Origin: Candidatus Daviesbacteria bacterium
Lineage (GTDB): Bacteria > Patescibacteriota > Microgenomatia > Daviesbacterales > UBA10151
Direction: 5' to 3'
NCBI GenBank assembly: GCA_016176335.1
Contig: JACOXI010000003.1
Coordinates: 258,477 to 322,476, forward strand
DNA: 64,000 nucleotides
The translations under genes were made by a program, and so were the position numbers. The notes below the pieces were generated by a model that had not been told where the DNA came from, ran no database searches, and saw only the letters and a list, made by a program, of their open reading frames with translations. Below are positions 10,327 through 20,488 of the stretch, one piece after another; positions within the stretch are counted from its first letter, which is position 1, and the number at the start of each line of letters is the position of its first letter.

Positions 10327-11115
10327 TTAGGAAAATTCCAGTATCATCGGCAAATGGTCTGATATTTCTACTTCAAGTACTTGAAAATCTGAAACTTTAA
10401 CATTTTTTGAAATAAAAGTATAATCTGCAAATTTTTGAAAGTTAGGTCCTCCATAAAATGGACTTAAATTACTTCTAGTTCTTAAGATTTGGTATTCTTT
10501 TATTAAGTTTCGCATCCCCTGTCCTAAAATCTTCAGACTTTCAGTTTCAGGAAGGAGGTTAAAGTCCCCAACTAAAATTTTTGCCCCTTTTTTATTTTCA
10601 ATGATATTTTTTGCCTTTTTTACCTGCTTTAATCTATTTGGAGCATCTAGTTTATGTGTGAGAGGATAGGGCGTTCCATGATAGTTAAAAACTGAGAATT
10701 GTTTGTTATTAAAAGTAAAAGTTAGATACTGTAAGGGTGTTGAAAGATTGGAAAAATTCTTTTTTAATGTATCAAGTTGCCTGCTTTTATAAATAAAATA
10801 ATCTTTATGTTCGTCAACTCTGATATTATTTTTGATAAATACTGCTAATCCATATTGTAAGTTAAAGTTAACTGGTTCTGTTTGATCATCAATACCAAAA
10901 AGAATTGGAAAATAAAATACTTGATAATCCGGCAATATTTTTTTGATCTCTTTCAATAAATTAGCCCTAATTCCTTGGTATTGTTTGACCTCGGAAGTTG
11001 TATTGTATATTTCCTGCAGGCAAAAAATATCAGTATCTGCAGACGATTGTTTTATAAAATTAATAAGGGGTTCAAAAACCTTCCCACCCCAGGTATTTAG
11101 CGAAATTAGTTTCAT
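10327..11115 (-). CDS. Endonuclease/exonuclease/phosphatase (EEP) family protein
   Basis: SLN, DIFCLQE, GDFN, ADY, SDHLP motifs. Confidence 0.88.
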   Translation of the reverse strand: MKLISLNTWGGKVFEPLINFIKQSSADTDIFCLQEIYNTTSEVKQYQGIRANLLKEIKKILPDYQVFYFPILFGIDDQTEPVNFNLQYGLAVFIKNNIRVDEHKDYFIYKSRQLDTLKKNFSNLSTPLQYLTFTFNNKQFSVFNYHGTPYPLTHKLDAPNRLKQVKKAKNIIENKKGAKILVGDFNLLPETESLKILGQGMRNLIKEYQILRTRSNLSPFYGGPNFQKFADYTFISKNVKVSDFQVLEVEISDHLPMILEFS

Positions 11116-11156
11116 ACATAGAATTATAGAGTATCAGATGGTAAAATTTAAGACTG

Positions 11157-11228
11157 CGGGGATTAGGTCATCGGTAGACCGCTCGGATGGGGTCCGAGAA
11201 GCAGAGAGTTCAATTCTCTCATCCCCGA
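11157..11228 (+). tRNA. tRNA-Pro(GGG)
   Basis: Acceptor CGGGGAT/ATCCCCG, D stem GGTC/GACC, anticodon arm CTCGG-ATGGGGT-CCGAG, T arm GAGAG-TTCAATT-CTCTC; CCA not encoded. Confidence 0.93.
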
Positions 11229-11319
11229 CACACCCCTATTTAAATATATGTATCCATACACCCAAACAAATGAAATTTGGGGTATTGTGTAGAAGGTTTT
11301 GTTTTGCTATAACAAATTC

Positions 11320-12384
11320 ATGGCGCAAAATGATGAAGCTAAAAAAGCTGCAATCGCTGCCGCTATGGCACAAATTCAGAAATCCTACGGCACAGGTTCT
11401 ATCATGAGATTGGGTGAAAGAGCGGAGAAACTGACTACCCAGGTCATTCCCACCGGATCAATTGCGCTGGATTTGGCTTTAGGGGTTGGAGGGATACCCA
11501 GGGGGCGTATTATTGAAATTTTTGGCCCGGAGGCAGGTGGAAAAACTACCTTATGCCTTCACATTATAGCGGAGGCGCAAAAGAAGGATGGAGTTGCCGC
11601 ATTTATTGATGCAGAGCACGCCCTGGATCCCCAAAGAGCCCAAAAAATTGGTGTTAATTTGGATGATCTTTTAATATCTCAACCGGATACTGGCGAGCAG
11701 GGGTTGGAAATTGCTGAAAGCTTAATTAGATCAGGTGGAATTGATGTATTGGTAATTGATTCTGTGGCAGCCTTGGTGCCCCGTGCAGAATTGGAGGGCG
11801 AGATGGGAGATGCAGTCATGGGTATGCAGGCAAGGTTAATGTCTCAAGCTTTGCGAAAATTAACCGGCGCTGTTTCCAATACCAACACAATTGTGATTTT
11901 TACCAACCAGTTGAGGCAAAAGATTGGAGTGATGTTTGGAAATCCGGAAACAACTCCTGGAGGATTGGCGCTGAAGTTTTATACGTCAGTTAGACTTGAT
12001 ATTAGAAAAATTGAGAACATTAAAGTGGGAGATACAGTTGTTGGCTCAAGACATAGGGTAAAAGTTGTAAAAAATAAAGTTGCTCCTCCGTTTAGAATTG
12101 CCGAGTTTGATATGGACGAAAACGGTATATCTTACGAAGGTGAGCTTTTGGATATTGGTATAGAGCTTGGGATTTTGACAAAAAGCGGGGCATTTATCAA
12201 AAAAGGTGAAACTATCATAGGTCAGGGCAGGCCTGCTGCTATAGAATACTTAAAGAATGATAAAAAGGAAGCTCAAAACCTGGAAAAAGAAATCAGGGAG
12301 GGATGGGGAGAACAAAAAGAGGGTAAGGAGAAAATTGTAGTAGGACCACAAGAAGAGGCAGTAGGTATAGAACAAGCTGTCTGA
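11320..12384 (+). CDS. recA: Recombinase RecA
   Basis: [32 protein letters not shown]; ATG at 11320. Confidence 0.99.
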   Translation: MAQNDEAKKAAIAAAMAQIQKSYGTGSIMRLGERAEKLTTQVIPTGSIALDLALGVGGIPRGRIIEIFGPEAGGKTTLCLHIIAEAQKKDGVAAFIDAEHALDPQRAQKIGVNLDDLLISQPDTGEQGLEIAESLIRSGGIDVLVIDSVAALVPRAELEGEMGDAVMGMQARLMSQALRKLTGAVSNTNTIVIFTNQLRQKIGVMFGNPETTPGGLALKFYTSVRLDIRKIENIKVGDTVVGSRHRVKVVKNKVAPPFRIAEFDMDENGISYEGELLDIGIELGILTKSGAFIKKGETIIGQGRPAAIEYLKNDKKEAQNLEKEIREGWGEQKEGKEKIVVGPQEEAVGIEQAV

Positions 12385-12385
12385 T

Positions 12386-13063
12386 ATGCCCAGAGTAACT
12401 GCCGTAGAACCTCAAACTCTTCGACTACGCTTGGGGCCTAATCGGAGATTTAATATATTTTTAGATGGAGAATTTGCTTTTGGAGCAGATGAGGATTTGG
12501 TGGTGGAATGGAGATTGATCCCCGGTAAAGTACTTGACACACCCGATGTGGAAAGATTGTTATTTGAGGCAGAGGTAGGGAAACTGATGGAAAGGATGTA
12601 CCGACTTTTTAATATCAGACAAAGAAGCGAAAAAGAGGTTAAAGACTATTTGAGGAATTTGTCTTTTAAAAGGAAAGTTAAAGGTCAAGAGGAAATTTCA
12701 GAAGCAGCTATTGCACTTTTAATTAATAAATTAAAACAAAAGGGTCTTCTGTCTGATGAACAATTTGCTAAAGCTTGGGTGCAGTCACGAAGAAAAACTA
12801 AAAATAAAGGAAAAATCGCACTTAAAGCTGAATTGTATCAAAAAGGAATTAATCGAGATTTAATTGAAGAAGTACTTGAGGAAGAATCCACACCAGAATC
12901 TGAAAAGCAGTTAGCTCAACAAGCCTTAATGAAAAAAATGAAGACTTGGAAAAGCTTACCGTTGTTGAAATTTAAGAAAAAATCCTACGAGTTTTTATTA
13001 AGAAGAGGTTTTGAATATGAAGTTGTTCGGGAAGTTATTGAAAATTATCTTAACAAGAGGTAA
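12386..13063 (+). CDS. recX: RecA regulator RecX
   Basis: RSEKEV, D.QFA..WV, L..EL.QKGI, LLRRGF repeats; downstream of recA. Confidence 0.9.
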   Translation: MPRVTAVEPQTLRLRLGPNRRFNIFLDGEFAFGADEDLVVEWRLIPGKVLDTPDVERLLFEAEVGKLMERMYRLFNIRQRSEKEVKDYLRNLSFKRKVKGQEEISEAAIALLINKLKQKGLLSDEQFAKAWVQSRRKTKNKGKIALKAELYQKGINRDLIEEVLEEESTPESEKQLAQQALMKKMKTWKSLPLLKFKKKSYEFLLRRGFEYEVVREVIENYLNKR

Positions 13064-13179
13064 AATACTAATACTTGGAGTATAGAGGTAAATTCTGATA
13101 TGGGTACCAAGATTTTTCAAAAACTTGCAAACTTTATCAGCCGATAATTTCGGTTCCTCTGCTATTCTCCCAAAATTGT

Positions 13180-14502
13180 ATGCAAAGATCATTTGGTCCA
13201 ATTACATCAAATCAACAAAGTTCTAATTCTACAGAACTTGCCAAACGAGAGGGAATTTTAGAGGAAAGAGAAAGACAAATATCACAAAAGAGTAAAATTT
13301 TAGATGAAAAGTTAGACCAAGTTGAAAAAACCAGAAAAGACTTGGTAGAAAAGCTGGAAAAAGCCTCCAGGCTATCCAAAGATGAAGCTGGCAAGATATT
13401 ATTGGAACAGGTAGAAAAAGATCTATCTGTTGAGATTTCCAAAAAAATTAAAGAAGCGGAAGAAGAAATAAAGCTGGCATCAGATGAGAAGTCAAAGGAG
13501 ATTTTGGCTGATGCTATGAGGCATGGATTTACAGATGTGATTTCCGAATTTACAACCTCAAGGGTTAATCTTCCTGATGAAGAAGTTAAGGGGCGGATTA
13601 TCGGCAAAGAAGGAAGGAATATCAGAACTTTTGAACAAGCAACCGGGGTAGATGTGATTATGGATGATGAAACTCCCAATAGTTTGATAATTTCATCATT
13701 TGACTCTGTCAGGCGTGAAATTGCCAAAGTTGCTTTAGAGAAACTTTTGGCTGATGGAAGAATTCAACCACAAAGAATTGAGGAGATAGTTGCCAAAACC
13801 AAAGAGGATTTTGAAAAAATTATGTTACAAGCAGGGGAAAAACTTTGTACAGATGCCGGAGTTTATAATTTACCCACTGATTTGGTAAAACTTTTGGGAA
13901 GATTTAAATATAGATTTTCTTTCGGGCAAAATTTGATCCAACATACATTGGAGGAAACAAGAATTGGGGTGGTTTTGGCAAAAGAAATTGGAGCAGATGC
14001 AAACATTGTTCGTTTGGGCTGTTTGCTGCATGATATTGGAAAAGTAGCAACAGAGGGAGATGAGGGGACTCATGTTGAAAAAGGAGTGCAAGTTGCCAAA
14101 AAATTCCAAATGCCGGAGGCAGTTGTCAATTGTATTGCGGAACATCATGAAGATAAACCATTCTCCTCCATTGAGTCGGTGTTGGTCTATATCGCGGACG
14201 CAATATCCGGCGGAAGGCCGGGAGCAAGACACGAAAATGTTGAGGATTATATAAAAAGGATGGGGGATCTGGAAAAAATTGCCACCTCGTATGAAGGGGT
14301 TGATAAAGCTTTTGCACTGCAAGCAGGTCGTGAAGTTAGAGTTATAGTTATGCCGGATAGAATATCCGATGATGAATTACCAAAATTGGTACACGATATA
14401 GCAACAAGAATTTCTCAAGAAGTTATGGTTCCTGGGGCAGTCAAAATTACAGCAATCAGAGAAACCAGAATAACGGAAACTACAATGACGACTCCGCAGT
14501 GA
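13180..14502 (+). CDS. rny: Ribonuclease Y (start uncertain)
   Basis: KH motif KGRIIGKEGRNIR, HD motif LLHDIGK, ADAISGGRPGAR. Confidence 0.95.
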   Translation: MQRSFGPITSNQQSSNSTELAKREGILEERERQISQKSKILDEKLDQVEKTRKDLVEKLEKASRLSKDEAGKILLEQVEKDLSVEISKKIKEAEEEIKLASDEKSKEILADAMRHGFTDVISEFTTSRVNLPDEEVKGRIIGKEGRNIRTFEQATGVDVIMDDETPNSLIISSFDSVRREIAKVALEKLLADGRIQPQRIEEIVAKTKEDFEKIMLQAGEKLCTDAGVYNLPTDLVKLLGRFKYRFSFGQNLIQHTLEETRIGVVLAKEIGADANIVRLGCLLHDIGKVATEGDEGTHVEKGVQVAKKFQMPEAVVNCIAEHHEDKPFSSIESVLVYIADAISGGRPGARHENVEDYIKRMGDLEKIATSYEGVDKAFALQAGREVRVIVMPDRISDDELPKLVHDIATRISQEVMVPGAVKITAIRETRITETTMTTPQ

Positions 14503-14555
14503 TACTTCTTACTTTGGGTCTTTACATAGGGTAAAACTTCTGGTAATTTAGTGTC

Positions 14556-14828
14556 ATGACAAAGAATCAGCTTATAGAAAAAGTTGCTAAAAAAGCCAGT
14601 CTTACTAAAAGGGCAGCAGCAGATGCGGTAAATTCCACATTTAATTTTATTAAAGACGGTTTGGTAAGAGGAGAAAAAGTTGTCATTACCGGATTTGGGA
14701 CTTTTCTTATTAGATCTCGTGCAGCAAGGCGTGGCAGAAATCCTCAAACAGGAGAAACAATCCAAATTCCCAATAAAAAAACTCCGGGATTTACAGCAGG
14801 AAAAACTCTTAAGAGATTAATTAAGTGA
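14556..14828 (+). CDS. hup: HU family DNA-binding protein
   Basis: MTKNQLI, GFGTF, ARRGRNPQTGE. Confidence 0.96.
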   Translation: MTKNQLIEKVAKKASLTKRAAADAVNSTFNFIKDGLVRGEKVVITGFGTFLIRSRAARRGRNPQTGETIQIPNKKTPGFTAGKTLKRLIK

Positions 14829-15770
14829 TATTACCCAGTCTTTAAATTTATTATCAGACTGATAATTTGGTTTAGGTTTTAATGATCCATCAAGAAATCC
14901 CCCAATTCCTCTGGCAGCCAAAATGACTTTTAATTTATCTATGTTGTAACCGCTCATTACTAACATGGATAATATCTTCTCGGCCTAATCTTGATTTTGG
15001 AGTACACTGAACACTCTTTGAATGAAATATCCGATATCATAATATTCAACCCCATTTACCATAGCGTGTTCTCCATCAAAAAGTCCAAGTTTATCTCCTT
15101 TTAGAATGATTAGATGCCAGGGAGTAAAGTCTCCATGCCTGGGTCTTTTTTGAAGTCTAGGTATACCATTTTCCACAATTTTCAATAAATCCATCACTTT
15201 GTACCTTTCCCTGATATCTTCCGGAATGTCACCATACCATGATTTCGTTTTCTGTAAGAACCATCTCTGATGTTCAGAGTTTTCTTGATCAGATAGTTGA
15301 TCAATACCTAGTTCTTGAATCAATTCTGAAAATTCAATAACAGAAGGCAGGAGATTTTGAAGAATTGTTGATACCCGTATCCTTTCTGGTCTTTGGGCAA
15401 GTAATTCCCCATCAAATTTATCGGTTATTAAATAGAAAAGCTTATCTTTGTATAGTCCGCAATCTTTGTTTTGAGGCACCCAAAAATTTGAGACAGATCT
15501 TGATACTAATTTATTAAATTGTTCGTTCCATCTATATTCATTTTTTGTGACAGTAGAGATGCCCTCGGTAGTTGCCAGTTTTAAAAATAATACTTTGTTC
15601 CCCTTTTCTAATATACCAAGAATGTGTCTTCCACCCGACCAAAGTTTTTTGATGAGGTATCTTTTTTCAAAAAAGGCCTTTGTCTTACCTAAATCCAATT
15701 TTTTACCCAAACGATAATCTAAAACTCTGCCGTTTACCTTGATTTGGAAGGCTTTGAGATTTTTTCTCAT
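14817..15770 (-). pseudogene. APH/choline-kinase-like phosphotransferase interrupted by an in-frame TAG at 14985-14987
   Basis: HGDFTPWHL and LFDGE kinase motifs; the frame stays open for 55 codons past the TAG to a TAA at 14817. Confidence 0.65.
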
Positions 15771-15843
15771 ATAAATTGATTATATCAAAGGTTTTCTGTA
15801 TTATTGTATGGATACGTGAATCAACTCAAAAGTCAAAACTCAA

Positions 15844-16128
15844 ATGTCAAAACCTAAGATTAACAAGGGTATTCAGATTCCAGATCAAATTTTACGAGAG
15901 TTGTTAACTGTCTCCGAATGGAGAATGTTAAAGAACCGCTTTCAAATAAAGAACCTTTTGGAAGAAGGATTATCCATAAGATCGGTGGCAAGTCAGGTTA
16001 GAGTTGGTACTGATACGGTAGTTAGGGTAGCCAGGATCATTGAAAAAAGTAACTTGAAAATTTTGAAAAAAGTAAAAAAACTGCCATTTAAAACTTCAAC
16101 CCCTTGGATTTTTGGGAAAAGTGAATAA
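15844..16128 (+). CDS. TrpR/YerC/YecD-like HTH protein
   Basis: LLTVSE...LKNRFQI..LL..GLSIRSVA..V.VGTDTVVRVAR pattern. Confidence 0.75.
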   Translation: MSKPKINKGIQIPDQILRELLTVSEWRMLKNRFQIKNLLEEGLSIRSVASQVRVGTDTVVRVARIIEKSNLKILKKVKKLPFKTSTPWIFGKSE

Positions 16129-16137
16129 GTAGATTTC

Positions 16138-17340
16138 TTAAAAAGGATTTTTTGACATATTTATTAAGAAAAACAATTTGATGAATTCTTTGGGGATGGG
16201 AATGCCAGTTAAAAATGGATAGACTAAAATAAAACTTAAAATCATTAAGCTAAGAAAAATAATAATCATTGGTTGACTCTTTTTTTTGTCTAAACCTAAA
16301 CTTAATTGGTATCCCAATGCCAGAGATAAAAATGGAACTGAAGGACTAAAATAATATATAAACATTAACCTGGGAGAGATAGCCCAAGGTAACCAGAGAA
16401 AGAAAAATCCAGCCAAAACCAGTAATAAACTCTCGGAACGTTTTTTTAGATAATCCCTAACAGTTAACAAAATAGCGATTGTGCCTACCCAAAAAACAAC
16501 AGGATTGCCGAAGGCAAAAATATTGGCAATTTTATCTTTTTGATAGTCTACAAAATACCAAACAGGATAAAGATTAAGCGGCCAGGACCACCAAGAAGAA
16601 GCATAATCATGAGCTGCTTTCAAATGAGTATGATACCACCACTGCTGATTTATAAGTTGCAGAAATTGATTGAGTGTATGACCAGTTAAAAAAAAGGGTA
16701 AATAGATTAGTAAATAGATAACAGGAGGGATAACTAGAAATTTGAATATTTTTATCGGCAGACGGTATTTTATCAGCAGTAAAATAAAAAGACCCAGTAG
16801 ATAAACAGCTGTCCATTTATTCGCCAGCGCCATTCCCAAAAATATTGCAGAAATGCTAAATTTGTTTTTTATGAAAAACACAAAACTTAAAAGACAAAAA
16901 GTAACCAGATAAATATCCAACATGCCGGTTCTTGATTGGACAAAATTTAAGCCATCAATAGAAAAGATCAAGGCTGAAAGTAAAGCTATAGTGTCTTTTT
17001 TGAAAAGTAACACTCCAAGATAATAGACCAGATATACAGATAGCACCCCCATTACTACTCCTGGTAAACGCCAAGCGAGACTGTCAGTATTTTTCAGGAT
17101 AAACATTGACCCGGCCATTATTTCTTGAGCTAGCGGTGGATTGACCCAAGCATAGGCATGACCTTCAGGAGCTTTTGTCCACCATTCCCAAGCTTCCTTA
17201 TTCCCCTTTAGATACTCCTTTGCTGTAAATGGGTAGTACACCTCATCAAAAACATAATTTTTAGGATAATCAATTCTTATAATCCGCAAAAATAGCGAAC
17301 TAACAAGTAATAAAATGAGAAGCAAATTAGTCTTTTTCAT
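16138..17340 (-). CDS. GT-C glycosyltransferase, protein O-mannosyltransferase (PMT)-like
   Basis: FDEVYY, NPPL, WRLP, QSRTGMLD, HDYASSWWSWP, GNPVVFW; multi-pass membrane protein. Confidence 0.85.
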   Translation of the reverse strand: MKKTNLLLILLLVSSLFLRIIRIDYPKNYVFDEVYYPFTAKEYLKGNKEAWEWWTKAPEGHAYAWVNPPLAQEIMAGSMFILKNTDSLAWRLPGVVMGVLSVYLVYYLGVLLFKKDTIALLSALIFSIDGLNFVQSRTGMLDIYLVTFCLLSFVFFIKNKFSISAIFLGMALANKWTAVYLLGLFILLLIKYRLPIKIFKFLVIPPVIYLLIYLPFFLTGHTLNQFLQLINQQWWYHTHLKAAHDYASSWWSWPLNLYPVWYFVDYQKDKIANIFAFGNPVVFWVGTIAILLTVRDYLKKRSESLLLVLAGFFFLWLPWAISPRLMFIYYFSPSVPFLSLALGYQLSLGLDKKKSQPMIIIFLSLMILSFILVYPFLTGIPIPKEFIKLFFLINMSKNPF

Positions 17341-18448
17341 AACACTTTTTTAACTCGTATATTAATCTCAAATAGAGAAAAATAAAATAGATTACTATAA
17401 ATCGAAAAATTATATCCAAAATAAATCTCAATTCATGTGTTAGCCTAAAATAAGAAAACAAAACTGTAGAATTGATTAAGTCAAATGGCCACCAAATGCT
17501 AATAGCAGGAATTTGGAGTAAAGATACAAAAGGCAAAAACCATAGCATGTATTGAGGAGTGTTGACATGGTTTCCTAAAACAGCCGTAAAGATTGTGAGA
17601 TAACAAAGGAGTAAAAAATTTTTATTAGTTAAACTGCTCTTTTTGTAGAAGAACCAACTTATGAACCAGGCGATCAAAAGTAAACTAAAAAGTAGTAAAG
17701 TGCGGTAATGATCAAACCCAAAATAAATTAGATAATAAGATAACGTATTAAAATCATACATTTGAGGATTCTGACTTTGCCAAGTATAAGGAAAAAGCCA
17801 AAATTGAAAATTGTAAAGAGCAAAAGGAAGGTTAATTAGAACTATGGTAGTTATAAAAATTATCAAAGGTAAAATAATAGATTTTTTTCCTAGTTGGTAC
17901 AATATGAATAAAGGTAATAGAAACCCAGGATAAATTTTAACTGTTGTTCCAAGAGCCAGTATTAAAAAGGCCAGTTTTGACTGATTTTTTATCAGTAATA
18001 AAATAGCAAGTAGAGTTAGTAAAGTCGGCAATAAGTCATAGTTAGTAGTTGAAGCAATGAGAAAAGTGGGTGATGCAGTCAGGTAAATAATAAATCTTTT
18101 AGATTTGGAGTTGACAATCGTTGCTAAGCGGTCTAAGCAGACAAAAATTAAAAGTCCTGCCGGTATAAAGATAAAGGCATTTCCCAGAATAAAATTCTGA
18201 TAGGAAAATCCACCCAGAAGCATACTTATAAAATAAGCAAATTTTTGTATCAGTATATAACCTACTGGATACTCAATAGGAAAAAAGAAGCTATGTGCTA
18301 TATATTGACCGTAGTAATGGTAAAAATACCACCAATCCCCCTGATATGTACCTAAAAGATTAACGAACGGCCAAAAATTCAGTCTAATATAGACTGAAAA
18401 TATTAAAACGATTGCAGGGAAGAGCAAATAAAGATTCTTGATGTTCAT
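17327..18448 (-). CDS. GT-C (GT87-like) membrane glycosyltransferase
   Basis: IEYP, NYDLLP, KIYP, TPQYMLW motifs; start placed at MNIKNL (18448). Confidence 0.7.
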   Translation of the reverse strand: MNIKNLYLLFPAIVLIFSVYIRLNFWPFVNLLGTYQGDWWYFYHYYGQYIAHSFFFPIEYPVGYILIQKFAYFISMLLGGFSYQNFILGNAFIFIPAGLLIFVCLDRLATIVNSKSKRFIIYLTASPTFLIASTTNYDLLPTLLTLLAILLLIKNQSKLAFLILALGTTVKIYPGFLLPLFILYQLGKKSIILPLIIFITTIVLINLPFALYNFQFWLFPYTWQSQNPQMYDFNTLSYYLIYFGFDHYRTLLLFSLLLIAWFISWFFYKKSSLTNKNFLLLCYLTIFTAVLGNHVNTPQYMLWFLPFVSLLQIPAISIWWPFDLINSTVLFSYFRLTHELRFILDIIFRFIVIYFIFLYLRLIYELKKCYEKD

Positions 18449-18473
18449 CTTAGAGTATATAATATTGTACCGT

Positions 18474-19535
18474 ATGAAAAAAATTTTAGTGATTTTGGGT
18501 CCAACTGCAACAAGAAAAACTGACTTGGCTTTATATTTGGCCAAAAAACTTAATGGAGAGTTGGTGGCTTGTGATTCTAGACAAGTATATAAGGGATTAG
18601 ATATTGGCACTGGAAAGTTACCAGCCCCAATGTCAAATCTCAAATGTCCCGTCAAAGACGAGGCTCGCTCGCCTCGCAGCGAAGCAGCGGGCCTCTGGCG
18701 GCAAATGTCAAATGTAGAAAAAAAGAATGGATATTGGAAGATTGATGGGATAAAAATACATATGTATGATGTTGTTTCTCTAAAGATTCAGTTTACTGTG
18801 GCAGATTATGTTAAAGATGCAAATAGGGTAATTAATGATATTGAGAAAAGAGGGAAATTGCCAATTATAGTGGGTGGGACAGGATTGTATGCTAAAGCAT
18901 TAATTGAGGGATTGTCTTCTCTTGAAACACCCGTAAATAAAAAATTAAGGCAGAAATTAAACTTTTTATCTTTAAAACAACTGCAAAAAAAACTGCAAAA
19001 AATTGCATCGGAGAAATGGCAGTCTTTGAATCATTCCGATAAGAATAATCCAAGAAGATTAGTTCGGGCAATTGAGTTAGAAATTAATAAGGGAGATACG
19101 GGAAATCGGGGCAATTGGGGAAATCAGAGATTAGCAAGAGAATTTGATATTTTAAAAATTGGATTAAATGCGTCTAGAGATATATTGTATGAAAAAATTA
19201 ATAAAAGAGTTTATAAGTGGATTGAGGAGGGAATATTAGAAGAAGTTAAAAATTTAAGGAGTAAGGGGATAAGCAAAGATAGGTTTAAAGAATTGGGACT
19301 AGAGTATTCGGTTGCTTTGGAATATTTGGATAAAAAAATTACGCTTGAGGAAATGGTAAATAAGATGCAAACTAAAGTCAGGCAATATGCAAAGAGGCAA
19401 ATTACCTGGTTTAAGAGGGATAAAAATATTTTTTGGTTTGATATATCGGATAAAGATTATCTAATAAAAGTAGAAAACTTCATCACTAAATGGTATCATC
19501 AGTTAAAGATAACAAAATATGCCGCAAAAAATTGA
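18474..19535 (+). CDS. miaA: tRNA dimethylallyltransferase
   Basis: GPTAT(R)KT, DSRQVYKGLDIGTGK, VGGTGLY, RQYAKRQITWF; carries repeat-derived insertions. Confidence 0.93.
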   Translation: MKKILVILGPTATRKTDLALYLAKKLNGELVACDSRQVYKGLDIGTGKLPAPMSNLKCPVKDEARSPRSEAAGLWRQMSNVEKKNGYWKIDGIKIHMYDVVSLKIQFTVADYVKDANRVINDIEKRGKLPIIVGGTGLYAKALIEGLSSLETPVNKKLRQKLNFLSLKQLQKKLQKIASEKWQSLNHSDKNNPRRLVRAIELEINKGDTGNRGNWGNQRLAREFDILKIGLNASRDILYEKINKRVYKWIEEGILEEVKNLRSKGISKDRFKELGLEYSVALEYLDKKITLEEMVNKMQTKVRQYAKRQITWFKRDKNIFWFDISDKDYLIKVENFITKWYHQLKITKYAAKN

Positions 19536-20487
19536 TATCTCTTATAAAACAGTAATTTTTATTGCGATCTTCGTTATCACTCTCTGGGCAATTTATTTAA
19601 TACGAGATCTGCTGGTTATTCTATTTGTCTCAATCATTTTTATGTCAGCCTTAAATCCCCTGGTAAGTTTCTTTGTAAAAGCTAAACTACCGAAAGTTTT
19701 GAGTATTGGTATAACCTACCTTATTATAATCGCTGTTGGCGCAGCAGCGTTTGCCGCCATTTTACAACCGCTTATTGAAGAAAGCAGACGGCTGATCTTG
19801 ACTTTGCCGTATCTGTCGGGGCAATTTTTTAACATCGCTAACATAAATGAATCGGTCTTTCAGTCCGAACTAACCAATCTTTCAAAAAACGCATTCACTA
19901 TAACGCTTGCTATATTTGATAATTTATTGGCGATAGTATTTCTTTTGGTGATCACATTCTACATGCTTTTGGAACGCGATAATCTCAAACAGCGGCTGGC
20001 GTCTCTATTTATTGGAAAAGAAGATAGAGTAAAGAGGTTAATCGTCAGAATTGAGGAGAAATTGGGAAGTTGGTTAAGAGGACAACTAGTTTTAACTTTG
20101 ATTATTGGTCTCCTATCTTATATAGGATTAACTATTTTAAATATCCCTTACGCCCTCCCACTAGCTGTTCTGGCAGGAATATTGGAGGTGGTACCTGTAA
20201 TTGGGCCTATTATTTCTGCTATTCCGGCGATACTCATTGCCATCACCGTATCTCCCTTTTTAGGACTGGGTGTTGCGGCAATGTATGTTGTGATTCAACA
20301 ATCGGAAAATCATTTAATTGTTCCTCAAGTTATGAAACGGGCAGTAGGACTGAATCCTTTAATGGTGATTTTGGCAATTGCTATCGGATCGAGACTGCTG
20401 GGTTTCGCAGGAGCATTGCTCGCTGTTCCATTTACGGTTGTATTGCAGATTATAGTTGCGGAAATTATGGAAGATAGAAAAACTTAG
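19519..20487 (+). CDS. AI-2E (PerM) family transporter
   Basis: WLRGQL, VPVIGP, QQSENHLIVPQVM...GLNP...GALLAVP. Confidence 0.9.
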   Translation: MPQKIDISYKTVIFIAIFVITLWAIYLIRDLLVILFVSIIFMSALNPLVSFFVKAKLPKVLSIGITYLIIIAVGAAAFAAILQPLIEESRRLILTLPYLSGQFFNIANINESVFQSELTNLSKNAFTITLAIFDNLLAIVFLLVITFYMLLERDNLKQRLASLFIGKEDRVKRLIVRIEEKLGSWLRGQLVLTLIIGLLSYIGLTILNIPYALPLAVLAGILEVVPVIGPIISAIPAILIAITVSPFLGLGVAAMYVVIQQSENHLIVPQVMKRAVGLNPLMVILAIAIGSRLLGFAGALLAVPFTVVLQIIVAEIMEDRKT

Positions 20488-20488
20488 T

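Noticed and set aside
11257-11292. Imperfect inverted repeat before recA as an SOS box
   Set aside because: Matches no LexA box I know; could equally be the tRNA-Pro terminator.
10943-11407. 154-aa plus-strand ORF
   Set aside because: Spans the EEP gene antisense, tRNA-Pro and the recA start; shadow ORF.
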